The position numbers and the translations under genes were made by a program. Positions 44,467-53,532 of a DNA stretch of 64,000 nt are shown one piece after another; positions within the stretch are counted from its first letter, which is position 1, and every line of letters starts with the position of its first letter. The notes under the pieces are model-generated. The model was not told where the DNA came from. It made no database searches and saw only the letters and a program-made list of their open reading frames with translations. Origin of the DNA: an uncultured archaeon (GTDB lineage Archaea > Iainarchaeota > Iainarchaeia > Iainarchaeales > CSSED10-239); NCBI GenBank assembly GCA_964496765.1, contig CAZCAP010000003.1, forward strand, positions 991 through 64,990, read 5' to 3'.

Positions 44467-45432
44467 CTATTTTATAAATTTATTATATTTACTCTTCTTA
44501 TTTTTTAATAACACAATTCTTGATTGTGGCACATCATCAATAATTTTAAAAAGCTTGGATTCTTTTTCAAGAAGATGTGCATAGTTAGATACATCAGTAA
44601 AACTTGGCATATTATCTATTTTTAAATTATTTCTTGATTCTCCAAGAAACATGTATGATTTTACTTCAAGAAAATCTGCATTACTTTTCTCAAATAGTTT
44701 AATGTATTTTTTAACATATACAGGATTATCATTAAGTCCTTTAATTAAAGTAAACCTAATTACTCTTCTTGTTTTTAATTTTGAAACAATGGTCATGGTT
44801 TTAAGTAATCTTTCCCAGGCATTCTTTATTTTTGGTCTATTTATTTTTTTGTGGGTTTCTTTGTCTGGTGCAGAAACAGAAATATATAATTGAGTAGGAA
44901 GTGCTTTTTCCTTTTCTAGTTTTTTAAACATCTTTGGTTCTTGCCCATTTGATACAAGGAATATACTTTTTATTTCTTTTTTGGTTTTAAGATATTTAAT
45001 CATTTCTGGTAAATGAGGATAGATTGTAGGTTCCCCAGCAAGAGATATTGCAACATGACTTGGAATAACTGATTCCTCAAGTAATCTTTTGTTGGAACCA
45101 TGATATCCAAAAAATCCAGAAAGCAGTTTTTCACGTTCTTTAAATAAACCATCAATTATTTCTTTTGGGTCATCAAGTTTTTCTTTTATTTCTGGATGTT
45201 TCATATTTTCTGCTGGTCTCCAACAAAAAACACAATTTTGATGACACCAGAGTACTGCTGGGGTTATTTGAGCACATCTATGACAATCAACGTTATAGAA
45301 TCTTTGTTTATAGCATACTCCTTCGTTTCTTAGTGCTTTTTTGTTCCATTCACATATTTCTACAGCAGAATGAGATCCAAAAATACCATAGTGTTTGTGT
45401 TTTAAATCTTTAAAAACTTCCTCTTTATTCAT
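44467..45432 (-). CDS. taw1: tRNA 4-demethylwyosine synthase Taw1/Tyw1 (radical SAM)
   Basis: HSAVEICEWNKKALRNEGVCYKQRFYNVDCHRCAQITP..WCHQNCVFCWRP matches the archaeal Taw1 N-terminal Cys pattern and the CX3CX2C cluster. The ATG at 45432 is preferred over the track start at 45519. Confidence 0.88.
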   Translation of the reverse strand: MNKEEVFKDLKHKHYGIFGSHSAVEICEWNKKALRNEGVCYKQRFYNVDCHRCAQITPAVLWCHQNCVFCWRPAENMKHPEIKEKLDDPKEIIDGLFKEREKLLSGFFGYHGSNKRLLEESVIPSHVAISLAGEPTIYPHLPEMIKYLKTKKEIKSIFLVSNGQEPKMFKKLEKEKALPTQLYISVSAPDKETHKKINRPKIKNAWERLLKTMTIVSKLKTRRVIRFTLIKGLNDNPVYVKKYIKLFEKSNADFLEVKSYMFLGESRNNLKIDNMPSFTDVSNYAHLLEKESKLFKIIDDVPQSRIVLLKNKKSKYNKFIK

Positions 45433-45567
45433 ATTTGTTTTCCTAGAGTAAATTAAAATAGTATTACTATATATAATATGATAGAAATTATTTAAAATAG
45501 GGTATGTTTTTAAATACATTTGTGTATTTATATATTATTTTATGGTGATAAATAAAGTGGTGATATT

Positions 45568-47088
45568 TTGAAAAAGAAAATTACAAAAACAAAGATTAAA
45601 AGACCTATTGCAAAAGTGGCTAGGAAGAGTTCAAAAAAAGTAATCCCACACAAATCTATCAAAAAGCATGTTTTAGTAAAGCCTGTTGAACATATTCCAT
45701 TGAAACCAAAACTTGAAAAATTGCACGTTAAGCATAGAGGACTTACAAAAACGCAAAAATGGTTATTTTCTGGGGTAGTGTTTCTTGTGATCATTATTAT
45801 ACTTCTTGCGTTTCTAATACCACCAACTACTTTTGTAAATCCAGTAATTGATGAAAATATAACCACTGATTCAATAGACACTAATTTTTCACCAATAGAT
45901 TCCAATCAGGTAATGAGTATTGAGCAATTTCAAAATATTTCTTTAGATCTTCAACAGAGGGTTTATGGTGAAATAAAATCAGAGCAACAAAAGATTATTG
46001 CATCACACTATCAGGAGCTTGGCCTTAATTCAGAACAAATAAATTCTTGTGTTTATTTAAATGATTTCACAAGATCTGATGTTAATGTTGAAAATTCAAA
46101 AATATTATTGAAGATCCAAAAGGACACATATATTGCTCCAATCCTTGGAATATCAGAAGCACCAGGTATGTTTGTTAATGGTTATTATTTATCAGGAGAA
46201 CCAACCTATGCTCAACTTAAGGAAAAAATTGATTTTGCATTAGCTGATAGCCCTATTTCTTGGAACTATGATAATAATAATTATGTATCTAATACAATAG
46301 CAAGTCCAACAATCACTATTATCTACAATGAAGACCATGAATTAATTAAAAATAAAACACTAGATTTTATTAATTACCTAAAAATATCTGAATCATTAAC
46401 ACCAGAGCTTAGATCTTTCTTTACTGATTTGTTTAAAGAAATTCCAGTTAATTATTATTCATACACATCAACAAAGGGAATTAATCTAATTGAGGCACTT
46501 GATATTCAGGTAATTCCTGTTATTTATATTGAAGGAGATATAAGTCAACTTCAGGTTATTTCGAATGTAAATAATAATGAATTGTTTTCATATCTTTTCC
46601 TAAAAACAGATGCTGGTGGATATATATTAAACCAGAAAATTGCCTATGATATACTTGTAACATCAAAAATTGATTCAGTACATCAGATTATAGATTACTC
46701 ATTAATTGCAGATAAGGATGATTATATAATTGGAAATAAAGATGCAAAGGTTACACTTTATTTATTCTCCAATTATGATTGTCAGGCCTGTGCTGATTTT
46801 GAAAACACAAATTTAAATAAATTAATGACTGACTATGTTAACACAAATAAAATAAAATTTGTTAAAAAGGACTTTATTGTTCGTGAGATGGCTTCTCTCT
46901 ATCCAACTATATTTGTGAGATGTGCACAGGAGCAAAATAAATATCTTGAAACAAATAAATTGTTATTTGATTTGAGTGCTGAACTTGGAACTGATGGATT
47001 TGTTAAAACTGTTATGGATAGACACCAATCAGAGATAGATTATCTTACAACTGAGTATCAAAAGATAATTGATGCCCAAAAGAAATGA
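45568..47088 (+). CDS. Membrane-anchored DsbA-like thioredoxin-fold protein
   Basis: A basic N-terminal tail, one TM helix (FSGVVFLVIIIILLAFLI) and a C-terminal thioredoxin-like CxxC (LFSNYDCQACADFE). The TTG start lies 4 nt after GGTGA (45559-45563). Confidence 0.6.
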   Translation: MKKKITKTKIKRPIAKVARKSSKKVIPHKSIKKHVLVKPVEHIPLKPKLEKLHVKHRGLTKTQKWLFSGVVFLVIIIILLAFLIPPTTFVNPVIDENITTDSIDTNFSPIDSNQVMSIEQFQNISLDLQQRVYGEIKSEQQKIIASHYQELGLNSEQINSCVYLNDFTRSDVNVENSKILLKIQKDTYIAPILGISEAPGMFVNGYYLSGEPTYAQLKEKIDFALADSPISWNYDNNNYVSNTIASPTITIIYNEDHELIKNKTLDFINYLKISESLTPELRSFFTDLFKEIPVNYYSYTSTKGINLIEALDIQVIPVIYIEGDISQLQVISNVNNNELFSYLFLKTDAGGYILNQKIAYDILVTSKIDSVHQIIDYSLIADKDDYIIGNKDAKVTLYLFSNYDCQACADFENTNLNKLMTDYVNTNKIKFVKKDFIVREMASLYPTIFVRCAQEQNKYLETNKLLFDLSAELGTDGFVKTVMDRHQSEIDYLTTEYQKIIDAQKK

Positions 47089-47163
47089 ATTAATTTCATT
47101 TCTTTTTAATTTTTTAATAAGAAATACCTCTTTTTAAAGTTTCTTATTCTTATATTATATAGT

Positions 47164-47236
47164 GGGCCCGTAGCCTAGTGGATAGGGCAACAGCCTTCTA
47201 AGCTGTAGGTCGTGGGTTCGAATCCCACCGGGCTCG
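47164..47236 (+). tRNA. tRNA-Arg (anticodon UCU)
   Basis: A 73-nt cloverleaf: acceptor GGGCCCG/CGGGCTC (one G-U pair), anticodon stem ACAGC/GCTGT with loop CTTCTAA, and T arm GTGGG-TTCGAAT-CCCAC. Confidence 0.93.
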
Positions 47237-47279
47237 CTTTTAATTTCGTTTTAATTAAATAAGGGAATAATGTGGAAAA

Positions 47280-48992
47280 ATGATTGATTACAAGTTAGAG
47301 TTTGCAAAGCTTCTAGAAAAAGCAATTTTAAAAGATGAATTTGATTCCTTTAGATTAATTGCATTAATTGAAAGACCACCAGAAAAAGCAATGGGTGATT
47401 TTTCTTTCCCAACATTTACTTTAGCTAAAGTTTTTAAAAAAACACCTATACTAATATCTGAAGAATTTGTAAATAAATTAAAAGAAGATGAAGGTACGTT
47501 TATTTTTTCTTCTGTTGCTGGTTATATAAATGCGAAAATAAAATCAGAACTTTTATTCTCAGAAATAATAACAGAAGTAATTTCTAAGGGTAAAGATTAT
47601 GGAAAACAAGAGCTTGATAGTAATCAATATGTTATTGATACATTTAATGCTAATCCTCTAAAGGTATTACACATCGGGCATCTTAGAAATATAGTTACTG
47701 GTGATGCAATCTATAGATTATTAAAGTTTGTGGGTGCTGATCCAATTCCAGTATCCTATGGAGGAGATATAGGTACTCACATAGCTAAATGGTATTGGTA
47801 TTATCAAAAACTAACTCCCGAAGAAAAGAATATTCCAAAAAAGAACGTTTCTAAATGGTTTGGAAATATATACATCAAAGCTGGACTTCTTTTAGAAACA
47901 AATGAAGAGGTTTACAAGAAAGAAATAGATGATCTTCAGGTTAGGATTATGAATGATGAAGCTCTTCAAAATGAAATAAAAATACTAGTTAAAGAAAGTC
48001 ATGATGCATATATGGAAGTTGGTTGTGAACTTGGAGTTTATTTAGCAAATAGCTTCTTTGAATCAACTGCAGAAAAGGAATTCATGGAAATGAAGGATTT
48101 TTTATATAATAACTATAAGGATTTATTTATTGAGAGTGAAGGTGCAATTGTTGCGGATCTAAAGGACCCAGAGCTTGGTAAATTCATATTAATTAAACAG
48201 AATGGAGCACCTCTCTATGGTGCAAAAGATATTGGGCTGGTTAAATTAAAGATGAAGGCATACCCTAATTGCCATGATTTTCTATATATCATTGCATCTG
48301 AACAGGATTTTTATCTAAAGCAATTATTTGCATTATTTAAATTAATTTATCCAAATACAAATCATCAACACATTAGTCATGGGCTTATAAATAGTTTAGA
48401 AGGTAAAATGAAATCAAGAGAAGGCAGTATAATTCTCTATGAGGATTTTAGAGATGAACTTTTTTCTCGTGTCAAGGATGTGTTAGTGGAAAATGGTCTT
48501 GATATTGATGAAGAAATTGTTAAGGATATTTCCTTTGGAGTAATTAAATTTGAGATGTTGAAAATAGGTGTTAATAAAAACATAGTATTTGATATTGATT
48601 CTGCTCTTGATTTGCAAGGAGATTCTGCACCCTATATACAATATAGTGGAGTGAGAGCGAAAAGCATACTTAAAAAAACAGGAAATACAACAATTAAGAT
48701 ATCTAAGAATGTTGGACAAATTGATTTTAAACAAGAAGAAAGAGATCTTCTATCTGAAATCAGTTTGTTTAGGGAAAAGGTTGAAGAGGCCCATAGGGAA
48801 TACAAACCAAATGTGATTGCTACCTATTGTCTATCTTTATCAAGAAACTTTAATAAATTCTATGCAGCTTGTCAGGTTTTAGATGAGGATGAGCTAATTA
48901 AAAATAATAGGTTATTATTAACAAAGACCTTTTTAATTACCCTAACAAATGCTCTAGCAATACTTGGAATAAACATTCCTGATAGGATGTAA
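47280..48992 (+). CDS. argS: Arginyl-tRNA synthetase
   Basis: HIGH motif NPLKVLHIGHLRN, a C-terminal DALR-type anticodon-binding region, and a protein that ends in Met as is typical of ArgRS. Confidence 0.9.
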   Translation: MIDYKLEFAKLLEKAILKDEFDSFRLIALIERPPEKAMGDFSFPTFTLAKVFKKTPILISEEFVNKLKEDEGTFIFSSVAGYINAKIKSELLFSEIITEVISKGKDYGKQELDSNQYVIDTFNANPLKVLHIGHLRNIVTGDAIYRLLKFVGADPIPVSYGGDIGTHIAKWYWYYQKLTPEEKNIPKKNVSKWFGNIYIKAGLLLETNEEVYKKEIDDLQVRIMNDEALQNEIKILVKESHDAYMEVGCELGVYLANSFFESTAEKEFMEMKDFLYNNYKDLFIESEGAIVADLKDPELGKFILIKQNGAPLYGAKDIGLVKLKMKAYPNCHDFLYIIASEQDFYLKQLFALFKLIYPNTNHQHISHGLINSLEGKMKSREGSIILYEDFRDELFSRVKDVLVENGLDIDEEIVKDISFGVIKFEMLKIGVNKNIVFDIDSALDLQGDSAPYIQYSGVRAKSILKKTGNTTIKISKNVGQIDFKQEERDLLSEISLFREKVEEAHREYKPNVIATYCLSLSRNFNKFYAACQVLDEDELIKNNRLLLTKTFLITLTNALAILGINIPDRM

Positions 48993-49009
48993 TTTTGGTG
49001 TGATTTATT

Positions 49010-49642
49010 TTGAAAATGAAAACTGAATTTACTGATTTTATATTTGAGGAAATCATAGATAAAGAACCAATTGACAATCTAGTTAATACATTAACTTCTT
49101 TATCAATTAAAACTGTTTATGTGATGAGAGAAATTAAAAATAAATCTGATTTAGCTTTAGAATACATGCTTCCTCCATCTACCACTATTAATTTCAAAAA
49201 AGCATACTTATTCTATGATATTTCTTTAATTCCATTTTTCAAAACTAGGAATGAGGATGGAAATAAACCATTAATACTTGCCTATGGTGGAGATGTTAAA
49301 AAAAACTCAATAATTCTTGAAAAAGAAAGAGGGATAAATATATTACTTAATCCACTTTCAGAAAAATTATCCTTTGATACTGCATCAACTAATCTTGCAA
49401 AAGTAAATAAAATAATTATTGGGTTTAATCTTAATTTGTTTAGAGATAAACCCTATTCTTCAATTAAACAAGCAAGATTTATAATTTCTTTACTTATAAA
49501 AAATAAGATAGATATGAGATTTTGTTCCTGTGCTAGAAGATTGATTGATCTGGTGGATCCACAAATCACTGAATCCCTATTATTAAATTTCAAATTAGAA
49601 AAGGAAACAAGTAAAAGATTCCTTATGGGTGGGGGATATTAG
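49010..49642 (+). CDS. rnp3: RNase P protein component 3 (Rpp30 family)
   Basis: The segment GINILLNPLS..IIIGFNLNLF..ARFIISLLIKNKIDMRFCSCAR parallels archaeal Rpp30 as I remember it. It occupies the conserved position at the head of the exosome superoperon. Confidence 0.6.
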   Translation: MKMKTEFTDFIFEEIIDKEPIDNLVNTLTSLSIKTVYVMREIKNKSDLALEYMLPPSTTINFKKAYLFYDISLIPFFKTRNEDGNKPLILAYGGDVKKNSIILEKERGINILLNPLSEKLSFDTASTNLAKVNKIIIGFNLNLFRDKPYSSIKQARFIISLLIKNKIDMRFCSCARRLIDLVDPQITESLLLNFKLEKETSKRFLMGGGY

Positions 49643-49647
49643 ATAAT

Positions 49648-49989
49648 ATGAACTCAAAGAAAAAGAAGTTGAATGTAATTCCTCCAACATTGAGAGATAA
49701 AAAAAGGTATGTTTCATTTAATGTTTCAAGAATAGGACCTGAGATTCAAAATGAAAATGATGTTTTCAGAATAATTATTAAGAACTTTGAAAAAGTTCAT
49801 GGATTATTTAAATCAGTTTCTGCAAATATAACAATAATCTCATTTAATAAACAAGAAAAAGAAATACTTCTAAGAGTTAATAAGGATAATCTTGATGATT
49901 TATTAACTAGCATGTTCTTCCTAAAGGACCAGTTCTCGTTAATTAGCATAAAAACCATTAGCCAAACAATAAAAAAGAGCAAAAAATAA
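49648..49989 (+). CDS. rnp2: RNase P protein component 2 (Pop5 family)
   Basis: LRDKKRYVSFNV at the N-terminus, a size of about 113 aa, and a conserved position between Rpp30 and psmA. Confidence 0.6.
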   Translation: MNSKKKKLNVIPPTLRDKKRYVSFNVSRIGPEIQNENDVFRIIIKNFEKVHGLFKSVSANITIISFNKQEKEILLRVNKDNLDDLLTSMFFLKDQFSLISIKTISQTIKKSKK

Positions 49990-50134
49990 TCATTTCTAAG
50001 AATTAATTCAATTCTTCTCTTTGTTACACAAAAATCTAATTTAGGTAAGCTTTTTAATGATTATCTCCCATATTATATATTATATAAAGACTATTTTGGT
50101 TATTTTAACTAATTTAATTAATTTAAGGAAAAAA

Positions 50135-50139
50135 GGTGA
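50135..50139 (+). promoter_or_regulatory. Shine-Dalgarno GGTGA for psmA
   Basis: The GTG start in the track (50136) lies inside this GGTGA. An in-frame TTG lies 5 nt downstream at 50145. Confidence 0.55.
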
Positions 50140-50144
50140 ATAAT

Positions 50145-50870
50145 TTGTTTTCAGTTTCTCAAAATAATAACATGGCACAGGCATATGATAGGTCGATCAC
50201 AGTTTTTAGTCCTGAAGGACACTTGTATCAGGTTGACTATGCGTCAAAGATTATTGAAAAGGGGTCTCCAGTAGTAGCAATTTCATATAAGGATGGAATT
50301 ATTATTGTTGCAGACAAGAAAATATTTTCTTCTCTTATAATTCCTGAATCTGTTGAAAAAGTATTTAAGATAGATCAACATGTTTGGGTTGCATGTTCAG
50401 GATTAATTGGAGATGGAAGAAGGCTTGTTGATTTTGCAAGACAAATTGCACAGGAGAACAAGACCTACTATGATGATCCCATTGAGATTGAAACACTTGT
50501 TAAAAAAGTTGCTTCCATTGTTCAATATTATACACAATATGGAGGAGCAAGACCGTTTGGAGTTTCGATAATTACTGCGGGAATTGATACTCTTGGCAAG
50601 CATATCTATGAAACAGAACCAAGTGGAGCAACAACTGCATATAAGGCTGTTGCAATTGGTCAAAACAAACAAAAATTAATGGCACATCTTGAAAAAAATT
50701 ATAAAGTAAACATGTCATTTGATGATGCACTTAAGCTTGCAATTAAAACTCTTACTTTAAATTTAGAGCCAAAGCAAAAGCTTGAAGCAAATAATATAGA
50801 AGTAATAAATATTACAGAAGATGAAAGAAAAGCAATAGTTTCACAGGATAAATATTCTAAGTTGATTTAA
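50145..50870 (+). CDS. psmA: Proteasome alpha subunit
   Basis: Alpha-subunit signature YDRSITVFSPEGHLYQVDYA. The start is uncertain: TTG at 50145 by RBS spacing, or ATG at 50172. Confidence 0.93.
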   Translation: MFSVSQNNNMAQAYDRSITVFSPEGHLYQVDYASKIIEKGSPVVAISYKDGIIIVADKKIFSSLIIPESVEKVFKIDQHVWVACSGLIGDGRRLVDFARQIAQENKTYYDDPIEIETLVKKVASIVQYYTQYGGARPFGVSIITAGIDTLGKHIYETEPSGATTAYKAVAIGQNKQKLMAHLEKNYKVNMSFDDALKLAIKTLTLNLEPKQKLEANNIEVINITEDERKAIVSQDKYSKLI

Positions 50871-50893
50871 ACATAAATATGAGATGATGTATT

Positions 50894-51382
50894 ATGCCAG
50901 GACCAAAACCAGCAACTAGACCAAAATATAGATTAAAAGAAAATTCAAATTTTTTATTAACAAAGAATTTAGTGAAATCAAGTTCAAAAGTTATTAAAAA
51001 AATGAAGGATGTACAAATGAAAACTCCAGAGGGAAGAATTCGTTTGAACAAAACTATTGAGCAATCATCACATGCAAAAGCAACTTTGAGAGATTTTATT
51101 TTAAGAGATTATCTAAAAGAAAGACTTAAAAAAGCAAATAAATTATATGTGGAAAAAGTATTTCATGAAATAAATCAAATTCATTTAATTAAAGAAAAAT
51201 TTATAACTAAAAATAAAGCTAAAGCATATAATGATGTTATAAAAAAAACATTTAAGGATTTAAGAGGATTCGAGAGTGGTTCAGGGAAAAGTGGTAAATT
51301 AATTAGAAAGGAACCAATTGCGGATAATAAAATTTGTGAGTATCTTAGAGAAAGAAGAATAATATTAGAACATACAAATTAG
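50894..51382 (+). CDS. Hypothetical basic protein inserted between psmA and SBDS
   Basis: A 162-aa Lys-rich ORF beginning MPGPKPATRPKY. It is not part of the conserved superoperon set that I know. Confidence 0.5.
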   Translation: MPGPKPATRPKYRLKENSNFLLTKNLVKSSSKVIKKMKDVQMKTPEGRIRLNKTIEQSSHAKATLRDFILRDYLKERLKKANKLYVEKVFHEINQIHLIKEKFITKNKAKAYNDVIKKTFKDLRGFESGSGKSGKLIRKEPIADNKICEYLRERRIILEHTN

Positions 51383-51401
51383 TGAACTAAAAATTTTAAT
51401 G

Positions 51402-51406
51402 GGTGA
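51402..51406 (+). promoter_or_regulatory. Shine-Dalgarno GGTGA for the SBDS gene
   Basis: The track GTG start (51403) lies inside the motif. An in-frame ATG lies 5 nt downstream at 51412. Confidence 0.55.
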
Positions 51407-51411
51407 TGATT

Positions 51412-52137
51412 ATGTTTTATAAGGGTGAAAAAAATAATGGAAATCTAGAAAACACAGTTGTTGCTAAATTTAAGAAAGATGGTCACAATTTTGAAATTTT
51501 AGTTTATCCTTTTATTGCATGGGATTATAGGCACAATCATCCTGGAGTCACCATTGAACAAGTTATTGCCTATGATGAAGTATATTCAGATGTTCAAAAA
51601 GCAAACACTGCTTCAAAGGAACTATTAATGGAGTGTTTTAATACAGCTGATATTAATAAAATCGCAGAAAAAATAATTAGAGATGGAGAGGTTCAATTAA
51701 CAACCGCTCAAAAACAACAATTAACAGAAAAAAAAGAAAAAGAAATAATTGATTACATTGCAAAGAATGCACATGATCCAAAAGCAAAAACTCCAATCCC
51801 TCCACAGAGATTAATTAATGCTTTTGCTGAATTAAAAATAAAAATAAATCTTAATACTCCAAAAGAAAAAGAAATACAGGAAATACTTGATAAGTTAAAA
51901 AGGATTATGCCAATTTCTGTTGAAAAAATAATTGTTGAGGTTGAAGTTCCTGCTCTATATACAGGAAAGGCATCTGCTGTTATTTTCAAATATGAGGTTG
52001 CTGAACAAACCTGGTTAGCATCTGGAGATTTGTTTTGTAAAATAAAAATACCAGCAGGAACTAAGCAACAGTTGGTGTCTGATCTAAATAACGTAACCCA
52101 TGGTAACATCGTTATTAGGGTTGAAGGTGCTCAGTAA
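51412..52137 (+). CDS. SBDS (Shwachman-Bodian-Diamond) family ribosome maturation protein
   Basis: The N-terminal FYSH-domain pattern VVAKFKKDGHNFEILVYP..VIAYDEVYSD, three-domain length and superoperon position all fit. Confidence 0.85.
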   Translation: MFYKGEKNNGNLENTVVAKFKKDGHNFEILVYPFIAWDYRHNHPGVTIEQVIAYDEVYSDVQKANTASKELLMECFNTADINKIAEKIIRDGEVQLTTAQKQQLTEKKEKEIIDYIAKNAHDPKAKTPIPPQRLINAFAELKIKINLNTPKEKEIQEILDKLKRIMPISVEKIIVEVEVPALYTGKASAVIFKYEVAEQTWLASGDLFCKIKIPAGTKQQLVSDLNNVTHGNIVIRVEGAQ

Positions 52138-52168
52138 ATATTTAAAAAAAATAAGAAGGTTATAATTT

Positions 52169-52783
52169 ATGGACAAAAAAATAGTAGTACCAGGAGATTT
52201 ACTTACTCTTGAAAAAAAAAAGTTAGGACAAAATACCTTTCTTGAGAATGATAAGGTTTATAGTTCAGTTATTGGATTAGTTACTGAAAATACAGAATAC
52301 ATTTCAGTCATTGCATTAAATGGGCCATATCTACCTGTTGTTGGAGATGCAATACTTGGAATTGTTAAATCTGAAATAGTTAATGGATATTTCTTGGATT
52401 ATCATTCTCCTGGAGAAATATATTTGCCAAAATCCACGCTATCAAAGGAACTAAAGATTGGTTCAGTAATTTTTGCAAAAATTAGAAATATAACTGAATC
52501 AGATTCAATTGAACTTGAAAACGTAAATGTACTCCCACAGGGATATATTTTTAATACATCTCCAGTTAAAGTTCCAAGACTAATAGGTAAGAATGATTCT
52601 ATGTTAAACTTGTTTAAGCAGTATACAGAATCTAGTATTGTTATTGGCAAGAATGGATGGGTTTGGTTTGTTTCGAAAAAACCACAACTACTTGAAAAAG
52701 CAATGAGTTTAGTTGTTAATAATTCACAAAAATCAAATCTTACAAATACAATAAAGGAATATCTAGAAAAAAACACAAAATAA
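52169..52783 (+). CDS. rrp4: Exosome RNA-binding subunit Rrp4 (S1 + KH)
   Basis: N-terminal VVPGDLL, an S1-like GDAILGIVKSEIVNGYFLD and a KH-like LIGKNDSMLNL..IVIGKNGWVW. Confidence 0.85.
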   Translation: MDKKIVVPGDLLTLEKKKLGQNTFLENDKVYSSVIGLVTENTEYISVIALNGPYLPVVGDAILGIVKSEIVNGYFLDYHSPGEIYLPKSTLSKELKIGSVIFAKIRNITESDSIELENVNVLPQGYIFNTSPVKVPRLIGKNDSMLNLFKQYTESSIVIGKNGWVWFVSKKPQLLEKAMSLVVNNSQKSNLTNTIKEYLEKNTK

Positions 52784-52827
52784 AATTATTATAATAAAAC
52801 TAATAAAATAAAAAAAAGTGATAAAAT

Positions 52828-53532
52828 ATGAATGAAAGAATTGATGGTAGAAAGAATGATGAACTTCGCCCAATTAAAATAAAGCTTGGTGTTGTTAAAT
52901 CAGCAGATGGTTCATGCTATCTTGAATGGGGGAAAAATATTGTTGTTGCAACAGTACATGGTCCAAGACCAATTTTTCCAAAGCACCTAGCAGATGCTGA
53001 AAGATCAGTTATTGATTACAGATATAGAATGGCACCTTTTTCTGTAACTGATAGAAAATCACCAGTCCCTGCAAAAAGAGATAAGGAAATATCTCTAGTT
53101 TCTGGTAATGCTTTAGAATCAGTAATCCTAATTGAAAAATTTCCAAATACAGTAATTAATATTGATGCAATGATCTTGTCGGCTGATGCTGGTACTAGAG
53201 TTGCTGCACTTACTGCTGCAACCCTAGCCTGTGCTGATGCAGGACTTCCAATGAGAGGACTTGTTTCTGCAGTGTCTGCTGGTAGAGCAAATGGAAATCA
53301 TATATTAGATTTAACAAAGGAGGAGGAAGATGCAGAAGATGCTGTAGATACTGCTGTTGCTGTTCTAATGCCTCAAAAAGAAATTGTTCTTCTTCAAATG
53401 GATGGATTTGTTGAAAAGGAAGAATGGAAAAAAATAATAAATATGGGAATTGTTGGCTCAGAGAAGATTTATGATCTTCAAAAGAAAGCACTTCTTGAAA
53501 AATACCCTATAGATGGTGATATTAATGAGTGA
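52828..53532 (+). CDS. rrp41: Exosome catalytic subunit Rrp41 (RNase PH fold)
   Basis: RIDGRKNDELRPIKIKLGVVKSADGSCYLEWGKNIVVATVHGP. Confidence 0.93.
   Translation: MNERIDGRKNDELRPIKIKLGVVKSADGSCYLEWGKNIVVATVHGPRPIFPKHLADAERSVIDYRYRMAPFSVTDRKSPVPAKRDKEISLVSGNALESVILIEKFPNTVINIDAMILSADAGTRVAALTAATLACADAGLPMRGLVSAVSAGRANGNHILDLTKEEEDAEDAVDTAVAVLMPQKEIVLLQMDGFVEKEEWKKIINMGIVGSEKIYDLQKKALLEKYPIDGDINE

Noticed and set aside
45540-45905. 121-aa minus-strand ORF between taw1 and the DsbA-like gene.
   Set aside because: It is antisense to the 5' part of the DsbA-like ORF, which has an RBS and a TM/thioredoxin architecture. The minus-strand ORF has no RBS.
50136-50138. GTG start codon proposed by the ORF track for psmA. 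The same applies to 51403 for SBDS and 11462 for the membrane protein.
   Set aside because: The GTG is part of the GGTGA/GGTGG ribosome-binding motif itself. In-frame TTG or ATG codons lie at the canonical 5-nt spacing downstream.
51753-52109. 118-aa minus-strand ORF. Similar antisense ORFs lie at 52402-52776 and 53210-53491.
   Set aside because: All lie antisense within the SBDS, rrp4 and rrp41 genes of the conserved superoperon.
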